This document shows positions 47,168 through 58,822 of a stretch of DNA of 64,000 nucleotides, piece after piece. The position numbers were made by a program, and so were the translations under genes. Position 1 is the first letter of the stretch; each line of letters begins with the position of its first letter. Below the pieces are notes generated by a model that did no database searches, was not told the DNA's origin, and worked only from the letters and a program-made list of their open reading frames with translations. The DNA is from an uncultured Halomonas sp. (lineage in GTDB: Bacteria; Pseudomonadota; Gammaproteobacteria; Pseudomonadales; Halomonadaceae): positions 2,873-66,872 of the forward strand of contig NZ_CANMVL010000022.1 of assembly GCF_947501415.1 (NCBI RefSeq), read 5' to 3'.

Positions 47168-47327
47168 CTTGAAGTTGGAAGAGCGCCGCTTCGCGGCTGG
47201 AAGCTAGAAGAAACACCTTGGTACATCGATAGGTGGTGAGATGCTGTCTTCCAGCTTCCAGCTTCCAGCTTCCAGCTTCCAGCTTCCAGCTTCCAGCTTC
47301 CAGCTTCCAGCTTCCAGCTTCCAGCTT
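47168..47327. repeat. Heptamer inverted-repeat element with (CTTCCAG)x11 array
   Basis: 11 perfect CTTCCAG units at 47248-47324 plus CTT; four degenerate inverse heptamers at 47168-47210. Confidence 0.95.
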
Positions 47328-47913
47328 ACGGCTTGCCCAGCGGATCCAGGCCCGCCTCGCGCAGCAGCGCGCACAGACGGATCAGCGGTAGCCCGATCAG
47401 GGTGTTGGGGTCGTCGCCCTCGAGTCGCTCGAACAGGGTGATGCCCAGCCCCTCCATGCGAAAGCTTCCCGCGCACTCCAGTGGCTGCTCCCGTTCGATA
47501 TAGTGGGCGATCTCGTTCTCGGTCAGCGTGCGAAACACCACATCGTAGGTCTCGTGGCAGACGCGGTGGCGGCCGCTGCGAGTATCCAGCAGCGCCAGAC
47601 CAGTGAGAAAGCGCACCCGGTTGCCCGAGAAGCGCGCCAGCTGCTGGCGGGCGGCGGTCGGGTCGGCTGGCTTGCCGAGGGCCTCGCCATCAAACTGCGC
47701 CACCTGGTCGGAGCCGATGATCAGGTGGTCGGGCCACTGGTCTGCGAGCTGCTGTGCCTTGCCGAGTGCCAGTCGGTGTACCAGGGCGCTGGGCGACTCG
47801 CCAGGGCGGGGTGTCTCGTCGATGTCGGGGCTCTGCCAGGCATAGGGAAGTTCCAGGCGGTCGAGAAGCTGGCGCCGCGAGCGTGATCCGGAGGCGAGAA
47901 CGAGGCGTGGCAT
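47326..47913 (-). CDS. yceF: Maf-family nucleotide pyrophosphatase (YceF-like)
   Basis: LVLASGSRSRRQLL, PDIDE, IIGSDQV, PLECAGSFRMEGLG and DPNTLIGLPLI. Confidence 0.93.
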   Translation of the reverse strand: MPRLVLASGSRSRRQLLDRLELPYAWQSPDIDETPRPGESPSALVHRLALGKAQQLADQWPDHLIIGSDQVAQFDGEALGKPADPTAARQQLARFSGNRVRFLTGLALLDTRSGRHRVCHETYDVVFRTLTENEIAHYIEREQPLECAGSFRMEGLGITLFERLEGDDPNTLIGLPLIRLCALLREAGLDPLGKP

Positions 47914-47977
47914 ATGGGATCCCCAGGTTGTTGATGGAGGCGCAGGGTATCACGCGGCCTGGTGTGCGTCGGCGGCT

Positions 47978-48006
47978 TTGACAGGCGCAGAGGGAGTGCC
48001 TATCAT
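47978..48006 (+). promoter_or_regulatory. Sigma70 promoter of yceD-rpmF
   Basis: TTGACA (47978-47983), 17-bp spacer, TATCAT (48001-48006). Confidence 0.8.
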
Positions 48007-48015
48007 TGCGCGCCT

Positions 48016-48546
48016 ATGTTGACCACACGACTCCCTGGCAGGGTTGAGCCCTACAAGCTCGCCGCCCGTGCCGAGCATATGGAAGGGCTGATGGCCCTGG
48101 ACGCCTTCACGCGATTGACCGAAGAGGTCGGTCCGCAGCAGGGTGATGTCGAGGTGTGGCTGGATTTCACCATCGATCCCCAGAGGCGCCACGAGATTCA
48201 TGGCCGTCTGCGTGCGACGCTACAGCTGCCTTGTCGGCGTTGTCTGCGTCCCATGGCCCAGGAGGTCGAAAGCGAGTTTCTGCTCGGCATGGTCTCCAGC
48301 GACGCCCTGGCCGCCGAGTTGCCCAGCACCCACGAGCCGGTACTGGTGGAAGACGAACAGCTGAACCTGCTGACGATGGTCGAGGATGAGTTGATCCTCA
48401 GCCTTCCTCAGGCGGTTTACCACGATGAGGCCGACTGTGCGGTCTCTCGCGACCAGCTGACCAGCGGGGAGGATGTCGCGGCATCCCGCGAGCCCGCAGC
48501 CAGCCCCTTCGATGTGCTTCGGCATCTCAAGGGCAAAAAAAACTGA
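48016..48546 (+). CDS. yceD: YceD/DUF177 family protein
   Basis: LPCRRCLRPM and EDELILSLP, C-terminal SPFDVLRHLK, upstream of rpmF. Confidence 0.92.
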   Translation: MLTTRLPGRVEPYKLAARAEHMEGLMALDAFTRLTEEVGPQQGDVEVWLDFTIDPQRRHEIHGRLRATLQLPCRRCLRPMAQEVESEFLLGMVSSDALAAELPSTHEPVLVEDEQLNLLTMVEDELILSLPQAVYHDEADCAVSRDQLTSGEDVAASREPAASPFDVLRHLKGKKN

Positions 48547-48578
48547 TTTATCATCGATTCACTCTGGAGTGACATCCC

Positions 48579-48749
48579 ATGGCAGTTCAAAAGAACCGCA
48601 AGACACGTTCCAAGCGCGGCATGCGTCGCAGCCATGACGCCTTGAGCGCCCCGACCCTCTCTCAGGACAAGGAGACCGGTGCCACTCATCTGCGTCACCA
48701 CGTCTCTCCGGACGGCTTCTACCGTGGCCGCAAGGTCGTCGACGTCTAA
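48579..48749 (+). CDS. rpmF: 50S ribosomal protein L32 (zinc-free form)
   Basis: Hand-translated [56 protein letters not shown] (56 aa, below the ORF-track cutoff); GGAG SD; no cysteines. Confidence 0.97.
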   Translation: MAVQKNRKTRSKRGMRRSHDALSAPTLSQDKETGATHLRHHVSPDGFYRGRKVVDV

Positions 48750-48794
48750 GTCGACGACGCGACCTGCGGTGATCCCCGGCCCCTGATCTCACTC

Positions 48795-49856
48795 ATGCGA
48801 ATCGCCATCGATGCGATGGGAGGAGATCTCGGGCCACGCGCGACGGTGCGTGGTGCCGCCGGGGCGGCCCTCCAGGATTCTCGTCTCACGCTGCAGCTGT
48901 TTGGTCCGCGGGCCTGCCTGGAGCGTGAGATTGCCAGCCTGCCGCGGCGTCTCGCCGCGGCGGGTTCGCGTATGGAGGTTGTCGACGCCCCGGGCGAGAT
49001 CGCTCCGGGGGTGCGTCCCTCCGACGCCCTGCGCCATGGTGGCGATAGCAGCATGGCGCTTATGCTCAACTGCCTGGCGTCGGGGCGCGCGTGCGCCGGC
49101 GTCAGCGGCGGCAATACCGGGGCCCTGATGGCCCTGGGACGGCGTGCCATGGGCACCGTGGGCGGTATCCCCCGCCCGGCCATCAGTACCGCGATCCCGA
49201 CCCGTGAACAGGGGCGTTGCTATCTACTCGACCTGGGCGCCAATATCGAGGCCTCCAGCGATCGCCTCGTGGATTTCGCGCGGATTGGAGAGGTCATGGC
49301 TCGTCATGTCGACGGTCTGTCGCGACCGCGGATCGCCCTGCTCAATGTGGGGGCCGAGGGGATCAAGGGGACCGCCAGCGTCCGCCAGGCGGATGCCCGG
49401 TTGCGTGAGCTGCCAGGGCTCAACTACTGCGGCTATGTCGAAGGGGATGGCATCTTCGCCGGCAGCGTCGACGTGGTGGTCTGCGATGGCTTCGTCGGCA
49501 ATGCCGTGTTGAAGGCCAGTGAAGGGTTGGCACGCATGCTGGTGGCCCGTGTGCAGGCCACCTTCGAGGCCCACTGGGGGAGTCGTCTGGTAGGACTGCT
49601 TGCCAGGCCGGCCCTTCGACGCCTGCGTGGCGAGCTTGACCCGGTCCGGTACAACGGCGCCAGTCTGCTGGGGCTGGCCGGTATCGTGGTGAAGAGCCAT
49701 GGCGGCTCCGATGCCGATGGCTTTCGCTACGCCGTGCTGCGTGCCGTGCAGGAAGTGGAGCACGACCTGCCGCGACAGTTGGCGCGGGAGCTGGGCGAGG
49801 CTCGAATGGATTCAATATCTCGCGTCGGCGCGACCGGCGGTGATGACAGGCAATAA
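48795..49856 (+). CDS. plsX: Phosphate acyltransferase
   Basis: [45 protein letters not shown] and VVKSHG. Confidence 0.95.
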   Translation: MRIAIDAMGGDLGPRATVRGAAGAALQDSRLTLQLFGPRACLEREIASLPRRLAAAGSRMEVVDAPGEIAPGVRPSDALRHGGDSSMALMLNCLASGRACAGVSGGNTGALMALGRRAMGTVGGIPRPAISTAIPTREQGRCYLLDLGANIEASSDRLVDFARIGEVMARHVDGLSRPRIALLNVGAEGIKGTASVRQADARLRELPGLNYCGYVEGDGIFAGSVDVVVCDGFVGNAVLKASEGLARMLVARVQATFEAHWGSRLVGLLARPALRRLRGELDPVRYNGASLLGLAGIVVKSHGGSDADGFRYAVLRAVQEVEHDLPRQLARELGEARMDSISRVGATGGDDRQ

Positions 49857-49873
49857 AAGCAAAGGTGACCAAT

Positions 49874-50833
49874 ATGACTCAACCGCTCGCCCTCGTGTTT
49901 CCCGGGCAGGGCTCCCAGCAGGTCGGCATGCTGCGGGAGCTGGCCGAGCGCTACAGCGTCGTGGGTGCGACCTTCGAGGAGGCCTCGGAGGCGCTCGGCT
50001 ACGATCTCTGGAAGGTGGTCCAGGAGGGGCCCGCCGAAGCGCTCAACGCGACCGCCTGCACACAGCCCGCGCTGCTTGCCGCCAGCGTGGCGATCTGGCG
50101 TGTCTGGCAGGAGCTCGAGGGGCCGCGACCAGGCGCCATGGCCGGGCACAGCCTCGGAGAGTACAGTGCCATGGTCTGTGCCGGGGTGATGCCCTTCGCC
50201 GAGGGGGTCAGGCTGGTCAAGCTGCGTGGTGAGGCCATGCAGGAGGCGGTGCCGGCGGGGCAGGGGGGCATGGCGGCCATCCTGGGCCTCGATGATGCCG
50301 TGGTGGAACAGGCCTGTGCCGAGGCGGCCCAGGGCGATGTGGTCTCGGCGGTGAACTACAATGCCCCGGGTCAGGTCGTGATTGCCGGTAGCAAGGCCGC
50401 CGTCGAGCGCGCCATCGCCGCCTGTCAGGCGGCGGGTGCCAAGCGTGCCATGCCGCTTCCGGTCTCCGTGCCTTCACACTGTGCCCTGATGGAGCCCGCC
50501 GCCGAGCGGCTGTCCGCGGCCATGGACGAGGTGACACTCAAGGCGCCGCGTTATACCGTGATCCAGAATGTCGACGCCCAGGCCCATGCCGATGTCGAAA
50601 CGCTGCGCACCCGGTTGATCGAGCAGCTCTATCGTCCGGTACGCTGGACCTCCTGCATCGAGGCCATTGGCGAGCGTGGCGCAGAGGTGTTCATCGAGTG
50701 CGGGCCGGGCAAGGTGCTGACCGGGCTGGGCAAGCGCATCGTTCGGGGCAGCAAGGGGCTGGCGGTCAACGACCCCGACAGCCTCGATGCGGCCCTGGAG
50801 CTGGCACGCGGCGTGACTTCCCGCAACGGTTGA
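49874..50833 (+). CDS. fabD: Malonyl-CoA:ACP transacylase
   Basis: VFPGQGSQ, TQPALL, AGHSLGEYSA, LPVSVPSHC and ECGPGKVLTGL. Confidence 0.97.
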   Translation: MTQPLALVFPGQGSQQVGMLRELAERYSVVGATFEEASEALGYDLWKVVQEGPAEALNATACTQPALLAASVAIWRVWQELEGPRPGAMAGHSLGEYSAMVCAGVMPFAEGVRLVKLRGEAMQEAVPAGQGGMAAILGLDDAVVEQACAEAAQGDVVSAVNYNAPGQVVIAGSKAAVERAIAACQAAGAKRAMPLPVSVPSHCALMEPAAERLSAAMDEVTLKAPRYTVIQNVDAQAHADVETLRTRLIEQLYRPVRWTSCIEAIGERGAEVFIECGPGKVLTGLGKRIVRGSKGLAVNDPDSLDAALELARGVTSRNG

Positions 50834-50864
50834 TCTCTTTCCAAAGAACGAAGGCATACTTTTC

Positions 50865-51608
50865 ATGACTAGCGAAACCAGAGTTGCCCTGGTCACCGGG
50901 GCCAGTCGCGGCATCGGTCGGGCCATCGCCCATGAGCTGGGTCGCCAGGGGCGCATCGTGATCGGCACCGCGACAAGCGATGCCGGCGCCGAGAGGATCG
51001 ATGCCGACCTCAGGGCTCAGGGTATCCAGGGTGCCGGTCGGCGCCTGGATGTCACCGATCAGGCCAGCGTCGACGAGGTGGTCAAGGCGATCGGCGAGGA
51101 GTTCGGTGCCCCGACCATTCTGGTCAACAATGCCGGCATCACGCGTGACAACCTGTTGATGCGCATGAAGGAAGGGGAGTGGGATGACGTCGTCGATACC
51201 AACCTCAAGTCGGTCTATCGTGTCAGCAAGGCCTGTCTGCGTGGCATGACGCGGGCGCGCTTCGGTCGCATCGTCAGCATCAGTTCGGTGGTGGCGAGCA
51301 TGGGCAATCTGGGTCAGACCAACTATGCTGCCGCGAAGGCGGGCATGGAAGGCTTCACCCGTGCGCTGGCCCGGGAGGTGGCGTCTCGCGCCATTACCGT
51401 CAATGCCGTGGCGCCCGGCTTTATCGCCACCGACATGACCGAGGCGCTGCCCGAGGAGCAGCACAAGGCGCTGCTCGGGCAGATTCCGCTTTCGCGCCTC
51501 GGCCAGCCCGAGGAGATCGCCGCGGCGGTAGGGTTCCTTACCGGCGAGACGGCCAGTTATATTACCGGCGAGATTTTGCATGTTAACGGTGGCATGAACA
51601 TGCGTTGA
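50865..51608 (+). CDS. fabG: 3-oxoacyl-ACP reductase
   Basis: [34 protein letters not shown] and VNGGMNM. Confidence 0.97.
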   Translation: MTSETRVALVTGASRGIGRAIAHELGRQGRIVIGTATSDAGAERIDADLRAQGIQGAGRRLDVTDQASVDEVVKAIGEEFGAPTILVNNAGITRDNLLMRMKEGEWDDVVDTNLKSVYRVSKACLRGMTRARFGRIVSISSVVASMGNLGQTNYAAAKAGMEGFTRALAREVASRAITVNAVAPGFIATDMTEALPEEQHKALLGQIPLSRLGQPEEIAAAVGFLTGETASYITGEILHVNGGMNMR

Positions 51609-51627
51609 GAGGTGCCGGGTCCGGTGG

Positions 51628-51656
51628 TTGCGCCGGCCCCGGGGGCTCTATACACT
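51628..51656 (+). promoter_or_regulatory. Putative sigma70 promoter of acpP
   Basis: TTGCGC, 17-bp spacer, TACACT. Confidence 0.55.
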
Positions 51657-51741
51657 ACCCCGCAGCTTCCGGCTTGCGGATCTGGAACCCCAAACGGCTG
51701 GTCTTCTGGACGGCCAATGTGAACGACTGGAGTACGTCATA

Positions 51742-51975
51742 ATGAGCACCATCGAAGAGCGCGTTAAGAAGGTTGTGGCCGAGCGCCTGAACGTCAAGGA
51801 AGAGGACATCCAGAACAGCTCCTCCTTCACCGAGGACCTGGGCGCCGACTCCCTGGACACCGTCGAGCTGGTCATGGCGCTTGAGGAGGAGTTCGATACC
51901 GAAATTCCCGACGAGGAAGCCGAGAAGATCACCACCGTCCAGGAAGCCATCGACTACGTGAACGCCCACCAGTAA
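51742..51975 (+). CDS. acpP: Acyl carrier protein
   Basis: [10 protein letters not shown]...[20 protein letters not shown]; start at 51742 (GGAG SD). Confidence 0.98.
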   Translation: MSTIEERVKKVVAERLNVKEEDIQNSSSFTEDLGADSLDTVELVMALEEEFDTEIPDEEAEKITTVQEAIDYVNAHQ

Positions 51976-52039
51976 GCCTGGTGGCGGTCGATACCGCTTG
52001 CTGATGCTCGGGGCCGCCTTCGCCGGAACGGCCCCCAGG

Positions 52040-52065
52040 AAAGCCGCCCACAAGGGCGGCTTTTT
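52040..52065 (+). terminator. Intrinsic terminator after acpP
   Basis: AAAGCCGCCC-ACAA-GGGCGGCTTTTT. Confidence 0.85.
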
Positions 52066-52190
52066 CGCACCCGAACGACATGCGAATACCCTCTCGGGGC
52101 GGCATGTCGAAGGGAGAGCCGTTATAATGCGCCTGATATAGGCGGCCCGCATGAGGGTCGCGATCATCCTGGACGCCTGGAGGAACGCTG

Positions 52191-53429
52191 ATGACACGTA
52201 GACGAGTAGTGGTGACGGGCCTGGGCCTGGTCACGCCGGTGGGAAATACCGTGGAAGAGAGCTGGCGCAATATCGTGGCCGGCAACAGCGGCATTGCTCC
52301 CATCGAGCACTTCGATGTCAGCGGCTTCAACACGCGCTTCGGCGGTTCGGTAAAGGACTTCGACATCAGTCCCTATCTGAACCCCAAGGATGCGCGCAAG
52401 ATGGATCTGTTCATCCAGTACGGCATGGCGGCCGGGGCTCAGGCGATCCAGGATGCCGGCCTCGAGTGCAGCGACGAGAATGCTCACCGCATCGGCGTAG
52501 CCATCGGCTCGGGAATCGGCGGGCTGCCGATGATCGAGCACAATCACAATGCCCTGATCAAGAGCGGACCGCGGCGTATCTCGCCGTTCTTCGTGCCCGG
52601 TTCGATCATCAACATGATCTCCGGCAACCTGGCGATTCGCCACGGCTTCCGTGGCCCCAATATCGCGATCACCACGGCCTGCACCACCGGCACCCACAAC
52701 ATCGGCTACAGTGCGCGGACCATCGCCTACGGAGATGCCGACGTGATGGTGTGCGGCGGTGCCGAAATGGCCACCACTCCGCTGGGGCTGGGTGGCTTCT
52801 CGGCGGCGCGCGCGCTCTCCACCCGCAATGAGGACCCCGAGGCGGCCAGTCGCCCCTGGGATCGCGATCGTGACGGCTTCGTGCTCTCCGACGGTGCCGG
52901 TGTGCTGGTGTTGGAGGAGTACGAGCACGCCAAGGCACGCGGGGCCACCATCTATGCCGAGATGGCAGGTTTCGGCATGAGCGATGACGCCTACCACATG
53001 ACCGCCCCCCCCGAGGACGGCAGCGGCGCCGCCCAGTCCATGGCAAATGCCGTGCATGACGCGGGGCTCGAGCCGGCAGCGATCGACTATATCAACGCCC
53101 ACGGCACCTCGACTCCCGCAGGGGATCTCGCCGAGAGCCGCGCCGTACAGCGTGTGATGGGTGAAGCGGCAAGGTCGGTGGCGGTCAGCTCAACCAAGTC
53201 GATGATCGGCCATCTGCTGGGTGCCGCGGGAGCCGTCGAAGCGGTGTTCTCGATTCTCGCGATTCGCGACCAGGTCGCGCCGCCCACCATCAACCTGGAC
53301 AACCTCCAGGAGGGTTGCGAGCTCGACTATGTGCCGCATACGGCCCGCGAGATGAAGATTGACGTGGCGCTGTCGAACTCCTTCGGCTTCGGTGGTACCA
53401 ACGGCACCCTGATCTTCACCCGGGTCTGA
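52191..53429 (+). CDS. fabF: 3-oxoacyl-ACP synthase II
   Basis: [44 protein letters not shown] and [10 protein letters not shown]. Confidence 0.97.
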   Translation: MTRRRVVVTGLGLVTPVGNTVEESWRNIVAGNSGIAPIEHFDVSGFNTRFGGSVKDFDISPYLNPKDARKMDLFIQYGMAAGAQAIQDAGLECSDENAHRIGVAIGSGIGGLPMIEHNHNALIKSGPRRISPFFVPGSIINMISGNLAIRHGFRGPNIAITTACTTGTHNIGYSARTIAYGDADVMVCGGAEMATTPLGLGGFSAARALSTRNEDPEAASRPWDRDRDGFVLSDGAGVLVLEEYEHAKARGATIYAEMAGFGMSDDAYHMTAPPEDGSGAAQSMANAVHDAGLEPAAIDYINAHGTSTPAGDLAESRAVQRVMGEAARSVAVSSTKSMIGHLLGAAGAVEAVFSILAIRDQVAPPTINLDNLQEGCELDYVPHTAREMKIDVALSNSFGFGGTNGTLIFTRV

Positions 53430-53445
53430 GCATGGCGGTAGGCGA

Positions 53446-54258
53446 GTGAGGGAGCAGGCCAGCTGGCCGCTGGATGATCGCGGCGCCGCCTACGGCGACG
53501 GTCTCTTCGAGACCATCCTGCTCAGGGACGGGCGTCCGCTGTTGTGGGATGAGCATCTGGCGCGGCTGGCCCGAGGCTGTCATGTGCTGGGTATCCCGAT
53601 GCCTGCGGAGCATGACCTGGCGCTTCCGCTGGCGGAGGCGGGGAGTGGGCTCGAGGTGCTCAAGCTGACCCTGACCCGTGGCAGTGGCGGGCGAGGCTAT
53701 CGCCCGCCGGCGACCCCCGAGCCGCGCCTGCGCTGGCAGCTTGCCTCCTTTACCCCTGCCGAGTCGCGCTGGCGCAAGGGCGTCAGGATTCGCCACTGTC
53801 GGCTCCGCCTCGCCTGCCAGCCAGTGCTGGCGGGAATCAAGCACCTTAATCGTCTGGAAAATGTGCTGGCGCGCGCCGAGTGGGATGACGACGCCATCGC
53901 CGAAGGCGTGCTCAGCGACGACTCCGGGCGTCTGATCGAGGCTACCGCCATGAACCTCTTCTGGCTCCGCGCCGGCCGCCTCGAGACGCCGTCACTCGCC
54001 CGTTGCGGGGTGGCGGGGACACTGCGGGAGGCGCTGATATCCCGCGGCGAGATTCAAGAGGTCGAGGCAGGAGAAGAGGCGCTGGCCCAGGCTGATGCGG
54101 TCTGGTTAGGCAACTCCGTACAGGGGGTCTGGCCGGTTGTCCGCCTGGATGATGTGATGGGCAGGGTCCGTCGTCGCTGGACGCTTGGAAGGCAGCATCG
54201 TAGCTTTCAGGCCGAGGCCCACGGCCTGTTGGGTTACGACTACCCTTCAACCTACTGA
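53446..54258 (+). CDS. pabC: Aminodeoxychorismate lyase
   Basis: DRGAAYGDGLFET, KLTLTRGSGGRGY, GIKHLNRLENVL and IEATAMNLF. Confidence 0.93.
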   Translation: MREQASWPLDDRGAAYGDGLFETILLRDGRPLLWDEHLARLARGCHVLGIPMPAEHDLALPLAEAGSGLEVLKLTLTRGSGGRGYRPPATPEPRLRWQLASFTPAESRWRKGVRIRHCRLRLACQPVLAGIKHLNRLENVLARAEWDDDAIAEGVLSDDSGRLIEATAMNLFWLRAGRLETPSLARCGVAGTLREALISRGEIQEVEAGEEALAQADAVWLGNSVQGVWPVVRLDDVMGRVRRRWTLGRQHRSFQAEAHGLLGYDYPSTY

Positions 54259-54273
54259 ATCAAGAGGATCCCA

Positions 54274-56977
<2,704 letters not shown>

Positions 56978-57010
56978 CGTGTCCCCCGCAAGCACATCGA
57001 GGAGAGAACC

Positions 57011-57346
57011 ATGGTCGCTCAGAAGGCGTTGTCGCTGAATATCCAGGATACCCAGACCCTGTTGTCGGCCTATATGCCGGTGCTCGAGCGGGGTGGCATC
57101 TTCGTTCCCACACGTGAGCGCTACGAGCTGGGCCAGCAGATCTATCTGCTGCTGACGCTGCCCGGCGAAACCGAACGGGTGCCGGTCACCGGTCAGGTCG
57201 TCTGGGTCTCGCCGGAAGGTGTCAGCGGCCGGCGCATTCCCGGGGTCGGTATCCACTTCAGCGCCGCCGACCAGGTCGTCCGCGACCGTATCGAGAGCCT
57301 GCTTGCCGGTCATCTCGACAAGGGCACGCCGACCTATACGCTCTGA
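57011..57346 (+). CDS. pilZ: PilZ-domain type IV pilus assembly protein
   Basis: AYMPVLERGGIFVPT, VTGQVVWVSP and GVGIHF; canonical position after holB. Confidence 0.92.
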   Translation: MVAQKALSLNIQDTQTLLSAYMPVLERGGIFVPTRERYELGQQIYLLLTLPGETERVPVTGQVVWVSPEGVSGRRIPGVGIHFSAADQVVRDRIESLLAGHLDKGTPTYTL

Positions 57347-57353
57347 CGCGATT

Positions 57354-57400
57354 GGTACCATCCACTCTATCGGCACCATTCACTCTATCGGTAATTCACT
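57354..57400. repeat. 18-bp tandem repeat (about 2.5 units) between pilZ and tatD
   Basis: GGTACCATCCACTCTATC / GGCACCATTCACTCTATC / GGTAATTCACT. Confidence 0.8.
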
Positions 57401-57402
57401 TC

Positions 57403-58251
57403 ATGTTCGTTGATTCTCACTGCCATCTCGACCGCCTCGATCCCGCCACCCATGGTGGAGATCTCGCTGCGACGCTGGACGCCGCCCGAGCCCGTGGGGT
57501 GAAACAGTTCCTGGCCATCGGCGTTACCCTCGATGAGGTACCCGGCGTTGCCGCCATCGCCCGCGAGCATGACGACGTGGTGATCTCTGCCGGGGTTCAT
57601 CCGCTGCACCGGGTGGCCGAAGAGCCGACCGTCGAGGCCATCAAGGAGACCGCCGACCGCTATGGTGCGGTGGCCATCGGCGAGTGTGGCCTGGACTATC
57701 ATTACCTGGAGAAGGCCCCCGACAAGGTACCGTCACGAGAGGTTCAGCGCGAACGCTTCCGCCGCCAGCTGATCGCTGCCACCGAGCTTGCGTTGCCGGT
57801 GATCATCCATACCCGCGAGGCGCGGGACGAGACACTGGCACTGATCCGTGAGCATACCAACCCGGAGGTCGGAGGCGTGCTGCACTGTTTCACCGAGGAT
57901 CTCGAGATGGCTCGGGAGGCGGTGCGCCACGGCTTCTATATCTCACTCTCCGGGATCGTGACCTTCCATAGCGCCAAATCACTGCGTGAGGTAGCCCGGC
58001 AGGTGCCGCTTGACCGGTTGCTGATCGAGACGGATAGCCCCTACCTGGCCCCGGTGCCTCATCGTGGCAAGCCCAATGAGCCGGCCTGGGTGGTCGAAGT
58101 GGCCGAATGCATCGCCGCCGAGCGCGGAATCAGCGTGGAGGAGGTCGCCATGCAGACCACCGCCAACTTCTACCAGCTGTTTCGTGCCGCAAGCCCCGAG
58201 GTCTCCGAGGAGATGCGTGGCATCCTGCAGGGTGCCGGCCTGGTCAAGTAG
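57403..58251 (+). CDS. ycfH: TatD-family DNase (YcfH)
   Basis: MFVDSHCHLD, GVHP, IGECGLDY, IIHTR, LHCFTE, ETDSPYLAP and NEP. Confidence 0.93.
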   Translation: MFVDSHCHLDRLDPATHGGDLAATLDAARARGVKQFLAIGVTLDEVPGVAAIAREHDDVVISAGVHPLHRVAEEPTVEAIKETADRYGAVAIGECGLDYHYLEKAPDKVPSREVQRERFRRQLIAATELALPVIIHTREARDETLALIREHTNPEVGGVLHCFTEDLEMAREAVRHGFYISLSGIVTFHSAKSLREVARQVPLDRLLIETDSPYLAPVPHRGKPNEPAWVVEVAECIAAERGISVEEVAMQTTANFYQLFRAASPEVSEEMRGILQGAGLVK

Positions 58252-58258
58252 GAGCACC

Positions 58259-58822
58259 ATGATGGATCTGGAACCGCTGGTGGCAAGGCTAGACCCCGAG
58301 GGGGATATCCCCCCGGTGGATGACTGGCATCCCGAGCGCGCGGGAGAGATGGACCTGGTGATCGCGGCCGATGGTCGCTGGATTCATGAGGGCACCGTCA
58401 TGTCACGGCCGCGGCTGGTTCGGCTGCTCTCCACCATCCTGCGACGTGAAGCCGATGGCCGTCATGCACTGGTCACGCCGGCCGAGAAGCAGCTGATTCG
58501 GGTCGAGGATTGCCCCTTCCTGATCGTTGACGCCGAATATGGCGACGACGGTCTCTGGTGGCTGACCACCAATATGGGGGACCGGCTGACGCTGGATGCT
58601 CAGCATGTCTTTACCCTCAGCGAGACCCCCGCCGGCGAGTGTGTGCCCGAGGTCACAGTACGCTTCGGCCTGGCCGCCCGGCTGGGGCGCAATGTCTTCT
58701 ACCGCCTGGTCGAAGAGGCGAGCCCCTTCACATTGGAGGATGGTCGCGAGGCAGTGGGGCTGCGCAGTGGGGGCGCCTGGCATCCGCTGGGCCTGGTAGA
58801 CGGCGAGGCGGCGTGCGGCTGA
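58259..58822 (+). CDS. DUF1285-family protein
   Basis: PPVDDWHP...MDLVIAADGRWIHEGT...LVTPAEKQLIRVEDCPF...LAARLGRNVFYRL. Confidence 0.85.
   Translation: MMDLEPLVARLDPEGDIPPVDDWHPERAGEMDLVIAADGRWIHEGTVMSRPRLVRLLSTILRREADGRHALVTPAEKQLIRVEDCPFLIVDAEYGDDGLWWLTTNMGDRLTLDAQHVFTLSETPAGECVPEVTVRFGLAARLGRNVFYRLVEEASPFTLEDGREAVGLRSGGAWHPLGLVDGEAACG

Noticed and set aside
47204-47476. ORFs 47204..47476 (+) and 47241..47441 (-) with SWKLEAG / SSFQLPA repeats
   Set aside because: They are translations of the 7-bp microsatellite and overlap yceF; no SD or family motif.
49856-49874. Absence of fabH between plsX and fabD as a deletion
   Set aside because: plsX-fabD-fabG-acpP-fabF without fabH is the normal arrangement in Pseudomonas-like gammaproteobacteria; no remnant is seen.
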